Source of the DNA: Felis catus
Taxonomy: Eukaryota
Assembly: GCF_018350175.1 (NCBI RefSeq)
Contig: NC_058368.1
Coordinates: 111,540,001 to 111,604,000, forward strand
Reading direction: 5' to 3'
DNA length: 64,000 bases
How positions within the stretch are numbered: the stretch's first letter is position 1; each line of letters begins with the position of its first letter. Under the pieces are notes generated by a model. The model did not search any database, was not told where the DNA came from, and saw nothing but the letters and a program-made list of their open reading frames with translations. Of this stretch, positions 14,901 through 28,677 are shown in pieces. The translations under genes and the position numbers were made by a program.

Positions 14901-17182
14901 TGGGGGTGGGGGCGGTGAGCCAGTCATGGCTGCTCCTATGATCCCTCCCCTGTCCTTCCGTTTGGTTCTAGGTCATACTCGGCACCCCCACCACAGGGCC
15001 CTTCCTCCCCTCTCCAGACACCTCAAACTCACTGCCACTTAGGTGTGACTGTCCCATGGACAGGGCCTGCATGTGAGCTTTGCCCTGGGGGAGAATGCGT
15101 GACATTGAGGACAGGGTGGCATTTCAGACAAGGTGGAGGGAGGCTGGACTTTTGGTGGATGGAGGGACAACCCCCTGCTGTACCTGCAGGTGGAACCCCA
15201 GAGGATTGGGCTCCCTCTGAGCCTTAGGGGCAAAGCTTGTCTGTGCACAGAGCCCAGATCTCTGCCGAGTAGACAAACACACAGTGAGGGGACGAGTCTT
15301 GACAAATGTTTGCCAAGTCCCTGGCTGACTTGGAAGTCAGGAGTGAGCTTGTTTGGCAGAACAAAGAGGAGAGCAGCCTGCAAAGGGCCATAAATAGTGA
15401 GGAAGGAGGAGCAGCCTGGCCTGAAGGCTCCATGGGAACTTGTCCTATGCTTGTGTCCTCTGCTGAAGGATTCCCGCGTCCTCTCCCAGAGCTCTGGGCC
15501 TGCTGGCCACCGCCTGGACCACGCGAGTGGCAGCTTCCTGACCCTTGAGCCACATCTCTATGGGAACCCTTGGGTGCTGGGTCACCTGCTGGGAGGTCAG
15601 TGTGACCTGCACATCCCAACGTCCCCTCCCTCTATGAACCAGGAAGTTTGGTTATAGTCAACAGTGGCAATACTTCCGAGACAGAGCCGGTCTGGCACTA
15701 GACCCTGGGAGATTGTGACACCTGGATGTACCCAGGCTGAAGGGATACAACCCCCTCACCACTCTGGAAGGGTACAAGGTGACCTCCCTCTATCTGTCCA
15801 CAGTCCAGGCGGATATGGCCACCCATTTTTTCAAGGAGCAGGGCAGAACAGGAGAGGTGGAGGGTGGAGGGCAAGATACCCTACTTGGGCCTCAGTTTCC
15901 TCAGCTCAAAATGAGATCCTTATCTTTGGCTAACCTCCAACCCTTGGCTTACTGTGGGCATCAGGTGAAGGTCAGCGGGCCTGGGGAATGGAAGAGGCAA
16001 GATTTCCTCCAGAGCAGATGGGGAGGCCGTGTGGGATAGGTGGACACATGCACATGGGAAATATGAGGGCTGTGTGGGAATCTGTAAATTAGTTTGGATC
16101 AGTGTGACCAAACCCAGAGGATGATGGGGGTGGGATGGGAGCTAGGCCAGGACAAAGGATCCCCTGAGGAAATGGGGAGCCCTGGAGGGTAACTGAGCTG
16201 AGAAGTGCTCTGAGCAGGGCTCTGCTCTAAGATGGTGGGGAGGGGGCAAGAGGCAGGTGAGGCAGGTCTGGAGTGAGAGGCCAGAGGTGGACTGCAGAGG
16301 GCCCCTGGCTCTCCTCTCTGGGCTGGGGAAGAAGGTTCCAAAATTGGGGAAGCCTGGTTGCTACCTTCACTCAGATGATCTGGCCTGTTTCCCTGGGCCA
16401 GGCTCCTTTCTTTCTCAGTAGAGGTGGCCCAGAGCCCCAGGCTCTGAATCCCCAGACCCCACACCAGGGACCTGGCCTGAGCTTCTAGGGCCTTTCTCTG
16501 ACTTCCCATGCTTGACCATCGATTCTGTTGCCCCGTACCCACTATTCTCCAAGGAGCCTGATCCAGGGGTCCCTAGGAAGGGGAGGGGTGGGCAGCAGGC
16601 CTGGTAGACAAAGTCTTGGTGCTGAACTCTCCCTGGGCCCACCTGGAGTTACTGTCTAAGCTTCCCTGACTGTGCACCTCACTTTGAGGGTGGGGCTGGG
16701 GGGCCTCAGGACCTAAGAGGGGGAAGGGACTCAGTCAACGTCATATACGCTCTTTCATTCAGCAACCTTATGGGGCTCCCACTTGGATGGGGTCCATCTG
16801 TGTCATTGGCGAGGCCATGGAGAAGCCCCCTTCAACCTTCAAGGAAGGGCAGGAAAGGATTTGGGCAGGAGGTAGGCTACTCACTGCTTCAGGAAAAGGG
16901 GCAGAGGCCACCTGGAAGCCTAGTTGCGCACCCTGTTGGCGGGATAGAGAGATGCACGGTCCTGGCTTTTGTGGGGCTGGGTTCTGGGTCCATGTGTCTT
17001 CTGGGTTCCCCCCTGTCTGCTCATCACTCTCTGCTGGGGCTGGGGTGGGGCTGGGGGGGTAGGAGGGTGGGAGAAGGGAAGCAAGGTGCCTACCTCTTTG
17101 TTCAGGTGTGGACATTTGACCAGTGTCCGTGATGCTAAATCTCTTGAGCTCAGTCTCTAGTCCTCATCCTGATTTGCTTTTG

Positions 17183-17184
<2 letters not shown>

Positions 17185-17223
<39 letters not shown>

Positions 17224-17231
17224 CGCGCGCG
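17185..17231. repeat. Compound microsatellite (GT)15(GC)8
   Basis: Read directly from the sequence. Confidence 0.95.
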
Positions 17232-17279
17232 GGGGAGGGGTAGTTTTATTGTAAGTACTTAAGAGAAAAGGCCACTGCA

Positions 17280-17725
17280 AAGATCAGGTTGATGGAACAG
17301 CTTAGTATCTTGATTTTGGTGGTGATCCCACGAGTCTCTACATGTGATGAAATGACAGGATGCTACACACCCTTTATAGCAATGTTGGCTTTCTGGGTCT
17401 GGTGATGTACTAGTGATGTGAGATGTAGCCATTGGGAGACTTGGGGGGAAAGGCCCACAGGTCTGTCTGTACCATCTTGGCAACTTCCTGTGAGCCTGTG
17501 TTATTTTATTATTTAAAAATTTTATTTAGTTTTGAGAGAGAGAGAGAGAGACAGAGAGAGAGAGCCAGCACGAGGGAATCCCAAACAGGCTCTGCACGAT
17601 CAGCGAGGATATAAGGCTCGATCCCACGAACTGTGAGATCATGACATGAGCCAAAATCAAGAGTCAGACGCTTAACCGACGGAGCCACTCAGACTCCCGG
17701 AACCTATACTGTTTTAAAATAAAAT
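17280..17725 (+). mobile_element. Old L1M (L1MC-like) 3' end, interrupted by a Can-SINE
   Basis: gatgtagccattgggag...ctgtaccatcttggcaacttcctgtgag, resuming after the SINE as ttttaaaataaaatg. Confidence 0.6.
17503..17698 (-). mobile_element. Can-SINE (SINEC, tRNA-derived)
   Basis: Reverse complement has the tRNA-like head (gagtggctccgtcggttaagcgtctgactcttgattttggctc), (CT)n tract and A-rich tail. Confidence 0.9.
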
Positions 17726-20700
17726 GCTAAAAAGCCAGTTTGGGGTCCTGTTTGGGGCAGAGGGCATCTCCCCACAGAGCACCGTAGGAGCTGGTAGGGG
17801 GTCCTTGGAAAAGAAGGAGGGCGAGGGCCAGGGAGTAGAAGGAGGGATGGACGATCATTGGCGTAAGAAGCTAGAGGGAGGCCTCACCTGGGCTGGAGCC
17901 CATCCAGGGGTGTGGCTGGTGGGACTCACAGATCCTGGGTGGCTACCAGTGCCATCTAAGGGGAGTGGGGGGCAGCTGGGCTGAGCTGGGCTTGGAGAGG
18001 AGCAGGGAGGAGAAGGTTTGTCATTGTACCTCCACACATACCTCAAGAGCAGGTGCTTGGGTGTCATCCAGCAGAGGAGAGGCATACATGGGTGTGTGCA
18101 CCTCTAGGTGCCCAGGTTGCTCGGCGGCATGTGTCTGTGTCCAGGCCCAAGGAGGCAGGTGTCAGAGCCCGCTATGGCCCCTGGGAGCTCTGGAGCTCTC
18201 AGGGCTGAATTCTGGGGGCCTAGCTCTGGCCTCTTGGTTGCCCTCGAGGAACAGGTCCTTGAGAAAGTGCCAGCTGTGGTAGCAATTGTCTGGCCACGTG
18301 GATTTCCTGAAGTGCTGGCTCTCTGGTCTCGCATAGTTGACACCCCATGCAGCTTCCATGAGCCAGATTGCAGGTCATTCCCCCAGCTGCAGCCGCCTGC
18401 TTGTCCGATCTTCCCCGACCCTCCCCGACCTGCCGTCCTCCACTGTGATCCAAGAGAAGTTCCCCCGGAGCACCGTAAACTGATGTCACCACCTTGCCCC
18501 GCACCCTTCACTTGCCCTGGATCCCGCGTGCGGCACATTCAACATCAGGCTGGGGCTGCCCAGCCTGCAGCAGCGGCTCTTGCTAATTGGACGCCGGCCA
18601 CCATCCTCTCTCAGCCCCTGCTGCCTGTGCCCAGCTGTCTCTGCCTCCCCTCCAGGGGGCTCGTCAGCTACCCAGTACCAGCCATTAACTGCAGGCAATG
18701 GCTTCCTTCTCCTCTTTCTTTTGGTAAACTCCTACTCACTCTCTCAGACCCAGCCCGGCCGTGCTTGTGTCTACTACCCTGCTCTCTTTGCACAATCCCA
18801 GAGTTTTGCTCTTAGCGTATCCTGTATTTGTAGGTTTAGTTTTGGCTTCAGCCTCTGGACTCCTTAGGGGTCAGGCTATGCTTTTTTCCATTTCTATAAC
18901 ACTGTCCCTTACCCCCAAGCACAGTGGCCCATGTTAGGAGCTCAGTAAGCTATGCCACATTGGTGGGGAACAGGGCCACCGTCATTCAGGTGAGGCTGAT
19001 ATGAAGGCTTCCGGCTTCCGGGGCATGGCCAGTCTGGGAAAGTAAGCAGTGAACACTGGCATCCTGGCTACTTTTGCTGGTGGGAGACCCAGTCACCTAA
19101 TATGAAGACTGCTGCTATCTTTTGAGTCCCTTCAGTGTGTCCTATTTTGCAAGGTTAGGGACTGTTTGCATGGGCCATTTTACAGATGAAAAAACTAAGG
19201 CCGGAATGAGTTACTGCCCTAGAAAGCAAGGGAAGGAGCTGGGATTCAGACAGATCTAGGTTGCTTGATGGGAGAGCTCCCCAGTCCCCATTTTTTTCAT
19301 CATTACATAATCCTGACAAGTTTGGGAGGCTGAGGATGGCACAGTCCCAGCCCCAGCCTTGGTGTGACCCTTGGGAGGCTGTCATGTCCCAGGCACAACG
19401 GGGAGCACATCTGGGGAGGAGCCCTGAGACTCAGTGGGTTTTGCGACAAGGGATCCAGAGGGGCCTGATGGGGGCTGCTTACTGGTCTCAGGAGAACCTT
19501 CGTCCCAGCCCCAGCCCCATTTTCGTGTGCCTGCAGCCCAGTCAGGACTGCCAGGAGGGCCTGGCTCTGCAAATTTACTGCCGTGCTCAGGAATTCCTGT
19601 CCAGCCCAGATCAGGGTGTCTGGGGCACAGCCGCCTGGATTGGGAGGGAAGCTGGGGTTATCTTGATCTCCAGATGAGGTGGTATCTGCTCGTGGAGTTG
19701 CTGGGGAAGGCTCTTCGCCTTGGATCTTGCTCACTCTCTCCTTCCGGCTCCTGATAAAGAGCCCCAAACACAGGGCTGTAAAGGTGGCCATAAAAACGGA
19801 GAAGAAATACTGGCGCAGCTGGCTTATCAAAGCGCATCTCAGACACCAGCCAGCTCTCCTACTTCAAGTTTATTTCTCCTCCTCTGCTTTCTCTCAGAAG
19901 GTGTCTCGTAAACAGCTAAGAGGGTCATTTATGAATGTCTTCTGCCTTCCCCTCTCAGCCCAGGGGCCGCTGCTTTGCTCTTTCTGTTCCTTCAGGCACA
20001 GAGATGGTGCAGGCACTCCCTTCTCCCAGGTGCCCGCAGAGGTGAGAAGTGGAAGTCAGAAAGGTCCTGCCATCTCCAGACAGGGGTGAGGCTCCCAAAG
20101 GTGAGTGAGGATGACGTCTTTGTCCTGGTCCTGTCAACATTTCCCCCACCCTGAGTGCCATCCCATTGATGGGGGAGGGGGTTGAGCTGGCCTCTGGGAG
20201 GGAGCTCCCTGCCCTGGGCTGGCCTCAGGGCTTGACCCATGTCACAGAGTGATTCCTATGGCATCAGAACAGAAAGGACTCAAGAGACGGCCTTATACAA
20301 GTCTCTCCTGATTCCACGGAGCCCAGGGATGGCGGCGGGGGGGGGGGGGGGGGGGGGCAAGTGAGAGGTGGAGCCAGGAACAGAATGCGGACTTATAACC
20401 CTGGAGCCTGTCTCAGGATGGGAAAGACTTCCATGTACCCCCATGTTGTCTGATCTCCGCAGTGACTCTTTGGGCAGAGACTATTATTCTCATTTTACAG
20501 ATAGCGGAAAATGGTGCTTGCGGGTGCTGGGTGGCCGGCTTAGCTGGGGAGGGGTGGGCTCTCGTGACCATGACATAGCTGTGTTCTCTCTTTGCCCCTG
20601 CAGCTCCTTAAGAGCTTTGCTTGTTGAACTGCTCCTCACTTTCAAGACGTCACTTAAACACAGCCCTCAACCCCCCAGCCCTTCGATTCTAGCCTCTTGG

Positions 20701-22659
20701 CTTATCAGGCCCACAGCTGCAGAGCCACGAATGAAGCGGAGTGGGTAGTTTCCTGGGCCTTTCCCCCTTCTTCTCTGGGGGGTGTTTGGGTTCCTTCCAG
20801 CTGGGAGGCTTGTGGATGTGGTTGGGCAGAGCTCCCCAAACGGTCAGAGGCACTGAGCATTCTGGGTCATGGCTGAGAGAGCCCGAGATTTGGAAGGTGC
20901 GTGGGTGGGGGTGGGAAGGGCCCCCGGCTACGGGAGTGTGAACCTTGTCGGTGTCCCTATCTCCCTGGCAGCAGCCCAGGGCTTGGCGGGCAGCAGGAAA
21001 TGCTAATTGCACAAATTAGCTCAGTCTACAGTGGCCAGAGAAATTGCACCTGCCTTGACCACGGTGGCTTCCTGCTTTACCCCTTTCTGTTAAAAGGTAT
21101 CCGTGTATTATAACATGTTCTATCTGTATTATATCTAGAACCCCCTCCCCCCAGCCCCTCCCAGTCAGACGAGTGTGTTTCCACATTGGTTGCTCCTCAG
21201 CCCAGCAGGACTTAGAGGGTATTGCTGTCTGCTGGAGTGGAGCTCGCCTCTTGCATGGGGCCAGGAGCTCATTCTGCATTTCTGCACTTCCTGGGTCATG
21301 ACCTTTCCACAGCTGATCCCTTCATGTGGCCTGATTAGATATGTGAACAGTCCTCCAGAAATAGTTACTGCCTGTTTCTAGAGAAGAGGCACTGCCCTTC
21401 ATTCAGAAGGAAAGAGAGGCTTCACGTGGGCAGGTGACTTTCCCGAGGTGGGGGTCCCAGAGGGCTGGCGGCAGAGCCGGGGCTATAATCCTGGGCTCAG
21501 TGTTGCCTCTTGCCCCTTGTTTCTTGTTCTTCCCCGGTAAAACTTGCCGAGTGGTTAGGGGAGTGTGCAGAGTGCAGGCTGCCTTGGTGAGACCCTTGTG
21601 AGGCCATGTGGGGGAGGCCCGGGAGCAAGGGGAGGAGGCTGGAGTCTGTAATATATTTGAATTATCTCTGCAGATGAGCCCTGATTTAGCAGACAGTCTA
21701 GAGTAAACCACAGCTTGAAGACAAATACAATTGACACTGGGCTTGAGTGGTTCAAAGGTTATTGGCACAAAACTGTCGGCTTTGTTTAGCCGAGGGGCTG
21801 TATTTATGATGGGTCATACGGCAGTACCATCTATAACTTGTCGGCAGCGCGGCTGACGTCGGACCAGAGACAGGCTATTTACACTGAGCCTGGAGTTTAG
21901 TTTCTCTGCTGGGAAGTGAAAAGGCAATTCTATTCTTGGCCAAGTTGCTTTATGGGTTGCTGGCTTAGGTTTGGCATCGTAAGTTGGGTCGTCAGTGAAG
22001 CTTATTGGGGATGGACAGCACTCTAGGGAATAATTTCCTGGGTGTGTGCAGTCGGGGGAGCTGGGGTAGGAGAGGTCCTTGGGGCTGTCTGGAAGGACCC
22101 GGTCAGTGGGTTTCACTTTGACCCCTGAGTTAAGGTCCACATACACAGGAGTAGGAGCTCTGGGTCTCTGAGCCCCGGGGTCTTGATTTCTTCCTGTGTC
22201 TCCCAGATGTCGTGGTTAGTTTAGGAAAAGGAACCATGGGTAAGCGTTGCCCTGAAGAGATGCATTTGTCTGAGGTGCTAGACAGGCATGTGTTATGGAC
22301 AGAGAATTCCTTTGGAGAGAAATTATCCCAGGAGTGAGGAAACTGTGGATGGAAGGAGCCATGGCCAGAGCTGGCAGAGGTATGTGTGGGGTGGTTTTTT
22401 GGAAAAGAAGAGGCCGTCTGTAATCAAGGGCCTTAACATGTGCCCCTCTTGTGATCCATTCATTCCACTGCTGGGAATCCAACCTGAGAAGATCATCATA
22501 GATGTGGACAAAGATTTGCGTACCTAGATGTTCACTGCAGTGTTATTTATAAAAGCACAAGGGGGAAACAGCTTCTATGATAGGGGATTTTTATTTCATT
22601 AGTTATAGCATATTAATAAAATGGAATATTATACATAAAGTGGATTAATATGAAGGATT

Positions 22660-22890
22660 AAATTTTGTTTAATGTTTATTTATTTTGAGAGAGAAGGAGA
22701 GTGTGTGCTCTTGCCCACACGAGCAGAGGTGGGGCAGAGAGAGAGAGAGAGAGGGAGAGAGAGAATCTCAAGCAGGTTCCGTGCTGTCCCCACGGAGCCT
22801 GATATGGGGCTTGATCTCACAAACTGTGAGATCATGACCTGAGCCGAAATCGAGAGTTGGATGCTTAACTGACTGAGCCACCCAGACGCC
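22660..22890 (-). mobile_element. Can-SINE (SINEC_Fc-type)
   Basis: gagatcatgacctgagccgaaatc...gactgagccacccagacgcc, with (GA)n and T-rich tail. Confidence 0.92.
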
Positions 22891-24599
22891 AAATAAGAAG
22901 GATTTTTAAAGATTTTAAAAATGATTCTACGTAGAGGAAGAAAATCTTTTACAGACTGTCTTTAAAGTGTGTTTTCTGTTGTGTAACACAAAGAAGGAGG
23001 GAAATACACTGGACTGGGAGTGGAAGTTAGCTCAGATGATGGGGATGGTGATTTTCAAATTCTCTTATCTCTTCATAGAATATATTTTAAATTTCTTCCA
23101 GGAGTATGTCTTACTTTTTTCCTTAGGGACAGTTACTGAGCGAATAAACAAAAATCCAAGTTCCCACCCCTTGAGTGGTCCTGCTGTTCTCTAGGCCTCA
23201 GTTTCCCTGGCATAAAAGGGGACTCTGGGCTGCTCTTGTTCTGCCCTGGTTCAGGTCCTGAGCAGGGATGACCCTCTGGGCAGCTTTGGCAGCCTGCCCA
23301 TGATTGCCGTGTCCTGGGTCTGACGGGTCACCTAATTTTAGTGCCTGCTGGGGCAGCTGCCTAAGTGTGGCCCCAGCCGCCAGGCAGACGGTCAGGGTGG
23401 TGCCCACAACGTTGGCAGCATCTTTGCCAGGCTGGTGAGGTCACAGCACAGCTTGGGACCCAGGCTGGTTAAGTCACAGAGCCTCAGGGGGATTCTCAAG
23501 TGTCTGTGACACAGAACATCACAACCTGTGTTGGGGAAGCAATCCACTAGCCAGGTTCCCTGGACTGAGTGGAGGAATAGTGGCTCTTTGGAGGGCTGAG
23601 AGAAGAAAGGGCTGTAGGCCCTAAGTACTTGAAAAGTCAGTTCTCTGGAATTCCAGAAGCCAGTCTGCCATCAGGGGTCTCCAATGTATGTCAAGAGCTC
23701 GTCTCTCAGCCCAGTTCCATCTGTCAGCTGGGGATTTGCATGGAGACGTGAACATTTCCCCAAACGTCTTGGCCACTTCTGATAGCAGACCGCTGTGGGC
23801 ACCGTGTTCTTAACTAGAATAGCTGCAAATGTGGGGTCGCTGGGGGTGTGAACTTGAGAACATCTCTACCAGGAAGAAAGTTCAAGGGTAAATGGAGACC
23901 AGAGCTCAGTTGGTGAGGGAAGACAGGCCACCATGGCCTCCTCCCTGGTCTGCTGTCTTTAGTCCTATGTCACCTGCTTTGCAAGTCAAGCCATCTTTCT
24001 AAACCCAGTTCTTATTTGTCACTCCTCCTCTGACTTGGCCCTGTGGAGTTGTGAATAAAGCCAAGAACCCTTAGTATGGCATTCAGACCTTTCCCCAAGG
24101 TCTTTGTCTCAACCTATTTCCTGCTTTTATGGCCACAAACTTCCTGTTCTAGCTAAACCATAGTCTATCCCTTCTCTATCCTTGAACAACCAGAAAACCT
24201 CAGTTTCCTTGGCTGGAATGTGCCTCTTCTACTCTGCCTCATTTAGTCACTACCTATTTGTGGAACACCCCCTATAGGCTGGGTGAGATTCAGCTGGTAA
24301 ACTCCTGTTCAACCTTCAGAACCCAAATGGCTTCTAGTCTGATATGCCTTCACCCACATGACCTTCCACGTCACTCTTCACTGCTCATGATGCCTTGTAT
24401 CTCATTTTCTCAGAATGTTGTGTCTACTTTTCCCACTGGGCCTTGGTAACTTTCCTGTGTGTTCCTAGCACGAGGCATAATTCTCTGTAAATAGCTGCTG
24501 GGTGTTGTCATACAGAGAAGAGCCATTAGTGAATGCCAGCAAAGCCAGTGGGAGGATCTATTCCCTGGAGTTGTAAGGACATGGGATAATGATAGCAAA

Positions 24600-24835
24600 T
24601 AGTGTCAGCTTACACTTACCAAGCATGAACCATGTGCCAGGCACTGTACTGAGTGCTTCCCATGTGTTAGCCCATTGGATCCAACCACAACCCAAGAGAT
24701 TGATGTGGTTAGCTTCTTGTTTTACAGTTGAAGAAACAGAGGCACAGGAGGGGTAAGTTGCTTGTTCAGGATCACACAGCCAGTAAGCCGATGAGCTGGG
24801 ATTTGAACCTAGACAGGCAGGCTCTTAAGCTCAAA
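24600..24835 (-). mobile_element. MIR element
   Basis: catgtgccaggcactgtactgagtgct...ttttacagttgaagaaacagaggcacag...gggatttgaacctag. Confidence 0.8.
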
Positions 24836-25649
24836 CTCTATTGCTTCTTCCTTACCAGGTATCAAGGTGATGTTTGACTCCTGGGAGGTGAAGGGCAGCC
24901 CCATACCAGGTGGATCCTAGTGCTGATGTCTGTTGGCAACCTTGCATGGATGCATGGCTTGTGGGGGATACCCTCAGAGGGTGGAGAACTTTCCTGAATC
25001 TGTCTTAGTGATATATCTGGACATGTTTTTACATCTCTTCCCCCCGCCCCCCCCCCCCCCCCGCCTGCCATGCAGGGCACAGTAGTACCTTTTGCTTTGC
25101 CTCTTCAGGAAATGGATTCCCTTTATACACATTTATGAAGCTTCTCATGCCTGTCAATCCCTTGCTAGGCCTTGAGGGTATAGCAGCCCTTGCCCCGGTG
25201 GAACATGGTCAAGTCAACTAGCATGGCTTTCATGTGTAGTCCAACATGGCACAAATCCCAGGTGATGCCCACTCCTGCTGGCATTTACCTGGAGCCCTGG
25301 GGTGGCCTGGACATGTCTGAGGACCCCATGCCTTCCTCACCTTCTATCTGTTTAGGGCTGTATTTGCTTACTGTCTGGACAGAGGAGGCTGAGCTTTCGG
25401 CTGAGTGACATACTCAACATTAAATCTCTGGAGAACTTATTTTAATATTGTGGCAGAGGGCCCAGCTGGTGACAGCAATCCTCTAATGAGTTAACCTGAG
25501 TAGTTGGGAGCACGTTGGTGAGAGAAGGGACCTGTCTCATCTTGAGACCAATCGTGAGCTTCTCTGTGCCCGGTTCTCAGTACCTGCCCCCTGGCTTGAG
25601 CCAGCGTGGAGATGCCTAGATGAAGGAGTTGCAGGTGGCCATGGACTTG

Positions 25650-26100
25650 GAATTAGTGTCCTGGGGCCGTCCTAAAAATGTACTTCAGACAAAGTGGTTT
25701 AAAACAGCAGAAATATACTCTCTCACACTTCAGGAGGCCAGAAGCCCAAAGTCAGGGTGTCACCAGAGTTGGCTCGTTTCAGAGGTTCTGAGGGAGAACC
25801 TTTCCCATGCCATTCTCTTAGCTTCCAGTGACAACCTTGTCATTCCTTGGCTTGTAGATTTATGGTGCTTTTCTATGATTCCATCTTCATATGGCGTCCT
25901 TCTTGAGTGTCTGTATCTGAATATGTTTCTTCTTCTAAGGCCAGCAGTCATGTGGGATCAAGGGCCTACCCTACTCCTGTTTGACCTCATCTTATTTACA
26001 TCTGCAATGACCCTATTTCCATATGAGGTCACATTCTGAGGTACCAGGGGGTTAGGGCTTCAGCTATCTTTTTGGGGAACACAATTTAATTCATACCACA
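25650..26100 (-). mobile_element. MLT1 (ERVL-MaLR) solo LTR
   Basis: ggtttaaaacagcagaaatatactctctcacacttcaggaggccagaag...ccctatttccatatgaggtcacattctgaggtac; typical MLT1 text and ~450 bp length. Confidence 0.85.
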
Positions 26101-27285
26101 CTCCCTGAGGGAAATGCTTGGGGACAGCTGGTCTTGTAGCCTTGTTGCCCCTAACTCCTCAGGGGCACCCAGAAGAGGTGAGCTGCCTGAGGGGGCTGCT
26201 TGGTGTTGGTCCAGAGCCCATCGAGGCCTCAGCTGGAAGGGTTTCCTGCAGGGAAGGCCTTGGGAGAGACAAGATGATCAAAGATGGTGGAGAGGTTGGG
26301 GAGCCTTTCCTCTTAGAAATGCAAATGGCGTCTGTGGAGGAAAGGGATGAAAGCAGTTTTAAAAAAGACATTAATCTCCTCACTCATTTCCTTCTGATGG
26401 CTGGAGATGAGTGACAAAGCCTCGTAATTGAAGATGGTGGGGCTGATAATTCAGCTGTAGCCCGGGGAGGGATGTCTTGGGCTGTGAATCACTGCGCACT
26501 ACACAGATTGGAGTGTCTCCCTGATGGTATCTCCTGGGCCCGTGGAGCCTCTTGCTGGCGCATGAAGGCCACATGCGTGTGAAGGCTTGAGCTGAGCTGG
26601 TTGTCAGGCTGCCCAGATGCAGCTTCCTGGCCCAGGGAAGTTTTCTGGGGAGCAGCTGCTGCAGCAGGCAAGAGATGAGTGCCTACTGTGTGCAGGCACC
26701 TTGCAAGGGCTGGGGAGAGTGCCTGGTATATAGTAGGTGGACTGGGAGCGTGAAAGACTCAGGGTAGGAGCCCCAGTGGTAGGAGCCCCATCCCTCCTCA
26801 CAGTGGCTTAGAGGGCCCAAGCAACTCAGCCCATGGGGGTCCCTCTGCCCAGGAGGGTGCTGGGTCAGTGTGGGTACTCAGGGCAACTTGACCTTTCTAT
26901 TGTAAACGCCCTCAGCCCTCTGCTTGTGCAAGTACATTTGGATCCCCTACCCTTGACCAAACCCATGCAAGAGGTTGCTTCAAAGGCAGGCAGGCAGCAG
27001 AGGGCAGAGAGGAAGCTGAGGGAGGCTTACAGACGGGGGTACCCCCAAACCCTATACCCCTTTCCGGGCTTCTGATGGCCAACACCTGGTTGGTGTTGCT
27101 AGCACCTCGGACAGGTCCAGTCCTGAGCCGGGCAAGGTCTGAGCAGTGGAGAGGAATGGGTGACTTCTCCCCTACCTCCTTCCCTGGAACACTTCCGGTG
27201 TGGGTGCTGCGGGGCCCCCGAGAGTGCAGCTCTTGGGTGTGTGCTATGGACAGTGTGCTGAGAGGCTGGGGAGAAGATTTGGGGC

Positions 27286-27288
<3 letters not shown>

Positions 27289-27322
<34 letters not shown>
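27289..27322. repeat. (TG)n microsatellite
   Basis: Read directly from the sequence. Confidence 0.95.
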
Positions 27323-27325
<3 letters not shown>

Positions 27326-28170
27326 GTAGGTAGGTAAGTGGGTAGGGAGTAGGCAATAATTTGTTCACTCATTCATACAATTATTCATTCACAAGTGCCC
27401 ATCACCGTGTTTGATTCTGGGCTTTCAAGGTGGGAACAAAACCAGCATGGTCCCCACTCACATGGAACTCACAGCGCATATAGGGGACAGTTGTGATTCC
27501 AGCAGTCACAACAGGGGACACAGATGCACTAATGCCGAGTGTGAGGTTGGGGGGACTCTGCTGAGTTTTGTCACTGATTTGTGACTTTTCACTTCATGCC
27601 AGAACACTCACACTTCTTATTTATCTAAAGCCCCTTTGCTGAAGTGATCTCTTGTGTATATGACAGCAGAGCAGCTGGGGGCATTCTGGATCCCTGTTTA
27701 CTTGCCTTTCAGACTGTCTCCCCCAGCCCCCAGAGGCCTCAGCATTCTGGGGATCAGTTTGGATGTCACGGCTCTGGGCACCGGGGAGCTGGAGAGAGTC
27801 TTGCAGCAGGGCAGTGAGATGTTGAAACTGCTGTATCAGGAAGATGCACATGGCAGGGTGGTCTGAGCTGGACTGTGGCTGAGATGACAGGCTGGGTCAT
27901 CCAGACTCCTGCAGGTGGAGTGGCCTTGTGCCAGGAATGAGGGGTCTGAGCTGGCTGATGGCAGAAGGTTCTGCCAGGAAACACAGGCCTGCCAGGGGGC
28001 CCCCTGGCTCCCTGTGGGCTTGGACCTCTCTAAGCACACACTCTGGCCCTTCCTCAGAGAGCAGGCTCCATCAGACACAGGGCTGAGGCCCTTCAGCAGC
28101 CTCCGAGGGGAGACTCTTCTGTCCAGAGCCTAAGGAGTTGGAAGGCCAGGGTGGCTGACAGCTGTGGGGC

Positions 28171-28677
28171 AGTATTAGTTTTCTACCGCTGCTGTAACAA
28201 ATTACAACAGACTTGGGGGCTTAAAACAACACCCGTTTATCATCTTACAATTCTGTGAGTCAGAAGTTAAGGGTCTCACTGGGTTACATGAAGGTGTCAG
28301 CAGGGCTGCGTTCCATCTGGAGGCTCTAGGGGACAATCTGTTTTCTTGCCTTGTCCAGCTTCTAGAGGCTGCCTGCATTTCTTGGCTCACGGCCCCTTCC
28401 TCCATCTTCAAAGCCAGCAACAGTCACATTTCTCTGGCTCTCCTTGCACTGCTGCTTCTCTCTGACCACAGCTGGGAAATGTTCCTCGTTTTTAAGGACT
28501 CCTAGGATTGGACTGGGCCCGCCCAGGCACTCCAGGATAATTGGCCCGTTTCTGGAGCCTTAAATTTAATCAGGTCTGCAGAAGCCCCCTTTTGTTATGT
28601 AAACGACGCAATAGAAAATTCTGGGAATTAGGACATGGGCATTTTGGGAGGGAATGGGGGGCTCATACTGCCCACAG
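28171..28677 (-). mobile_element. MLT1 (ERVL-MaLR) solo LTR
   Basis: gtattagttttctaccgctgctgtaacaaattacaacagacttgggggcttaaaacaacac...ggctcatactgcccaca. Confidence 0.88.

Noticed and set aside
18108..18815. 235-aa Pro-rich ORF
   Set aside because: Non-ATG start, no recognisable homology and no convincing exon structure. Local CpG retention may be regulatory but motif evidence is thin.
20337..25062. Homopolymers G21 (20337-20357) and C16 (25047-25062)
   Set aside because: Simple mononucleotide runs, error-prone in assemblies, with no supporting context.
26763..26790. Direct repeat GGTAGGAGCCCCA x2
   Set aside because: Two-copy local duplication with no array or spacer structure; not CRISPR-like.
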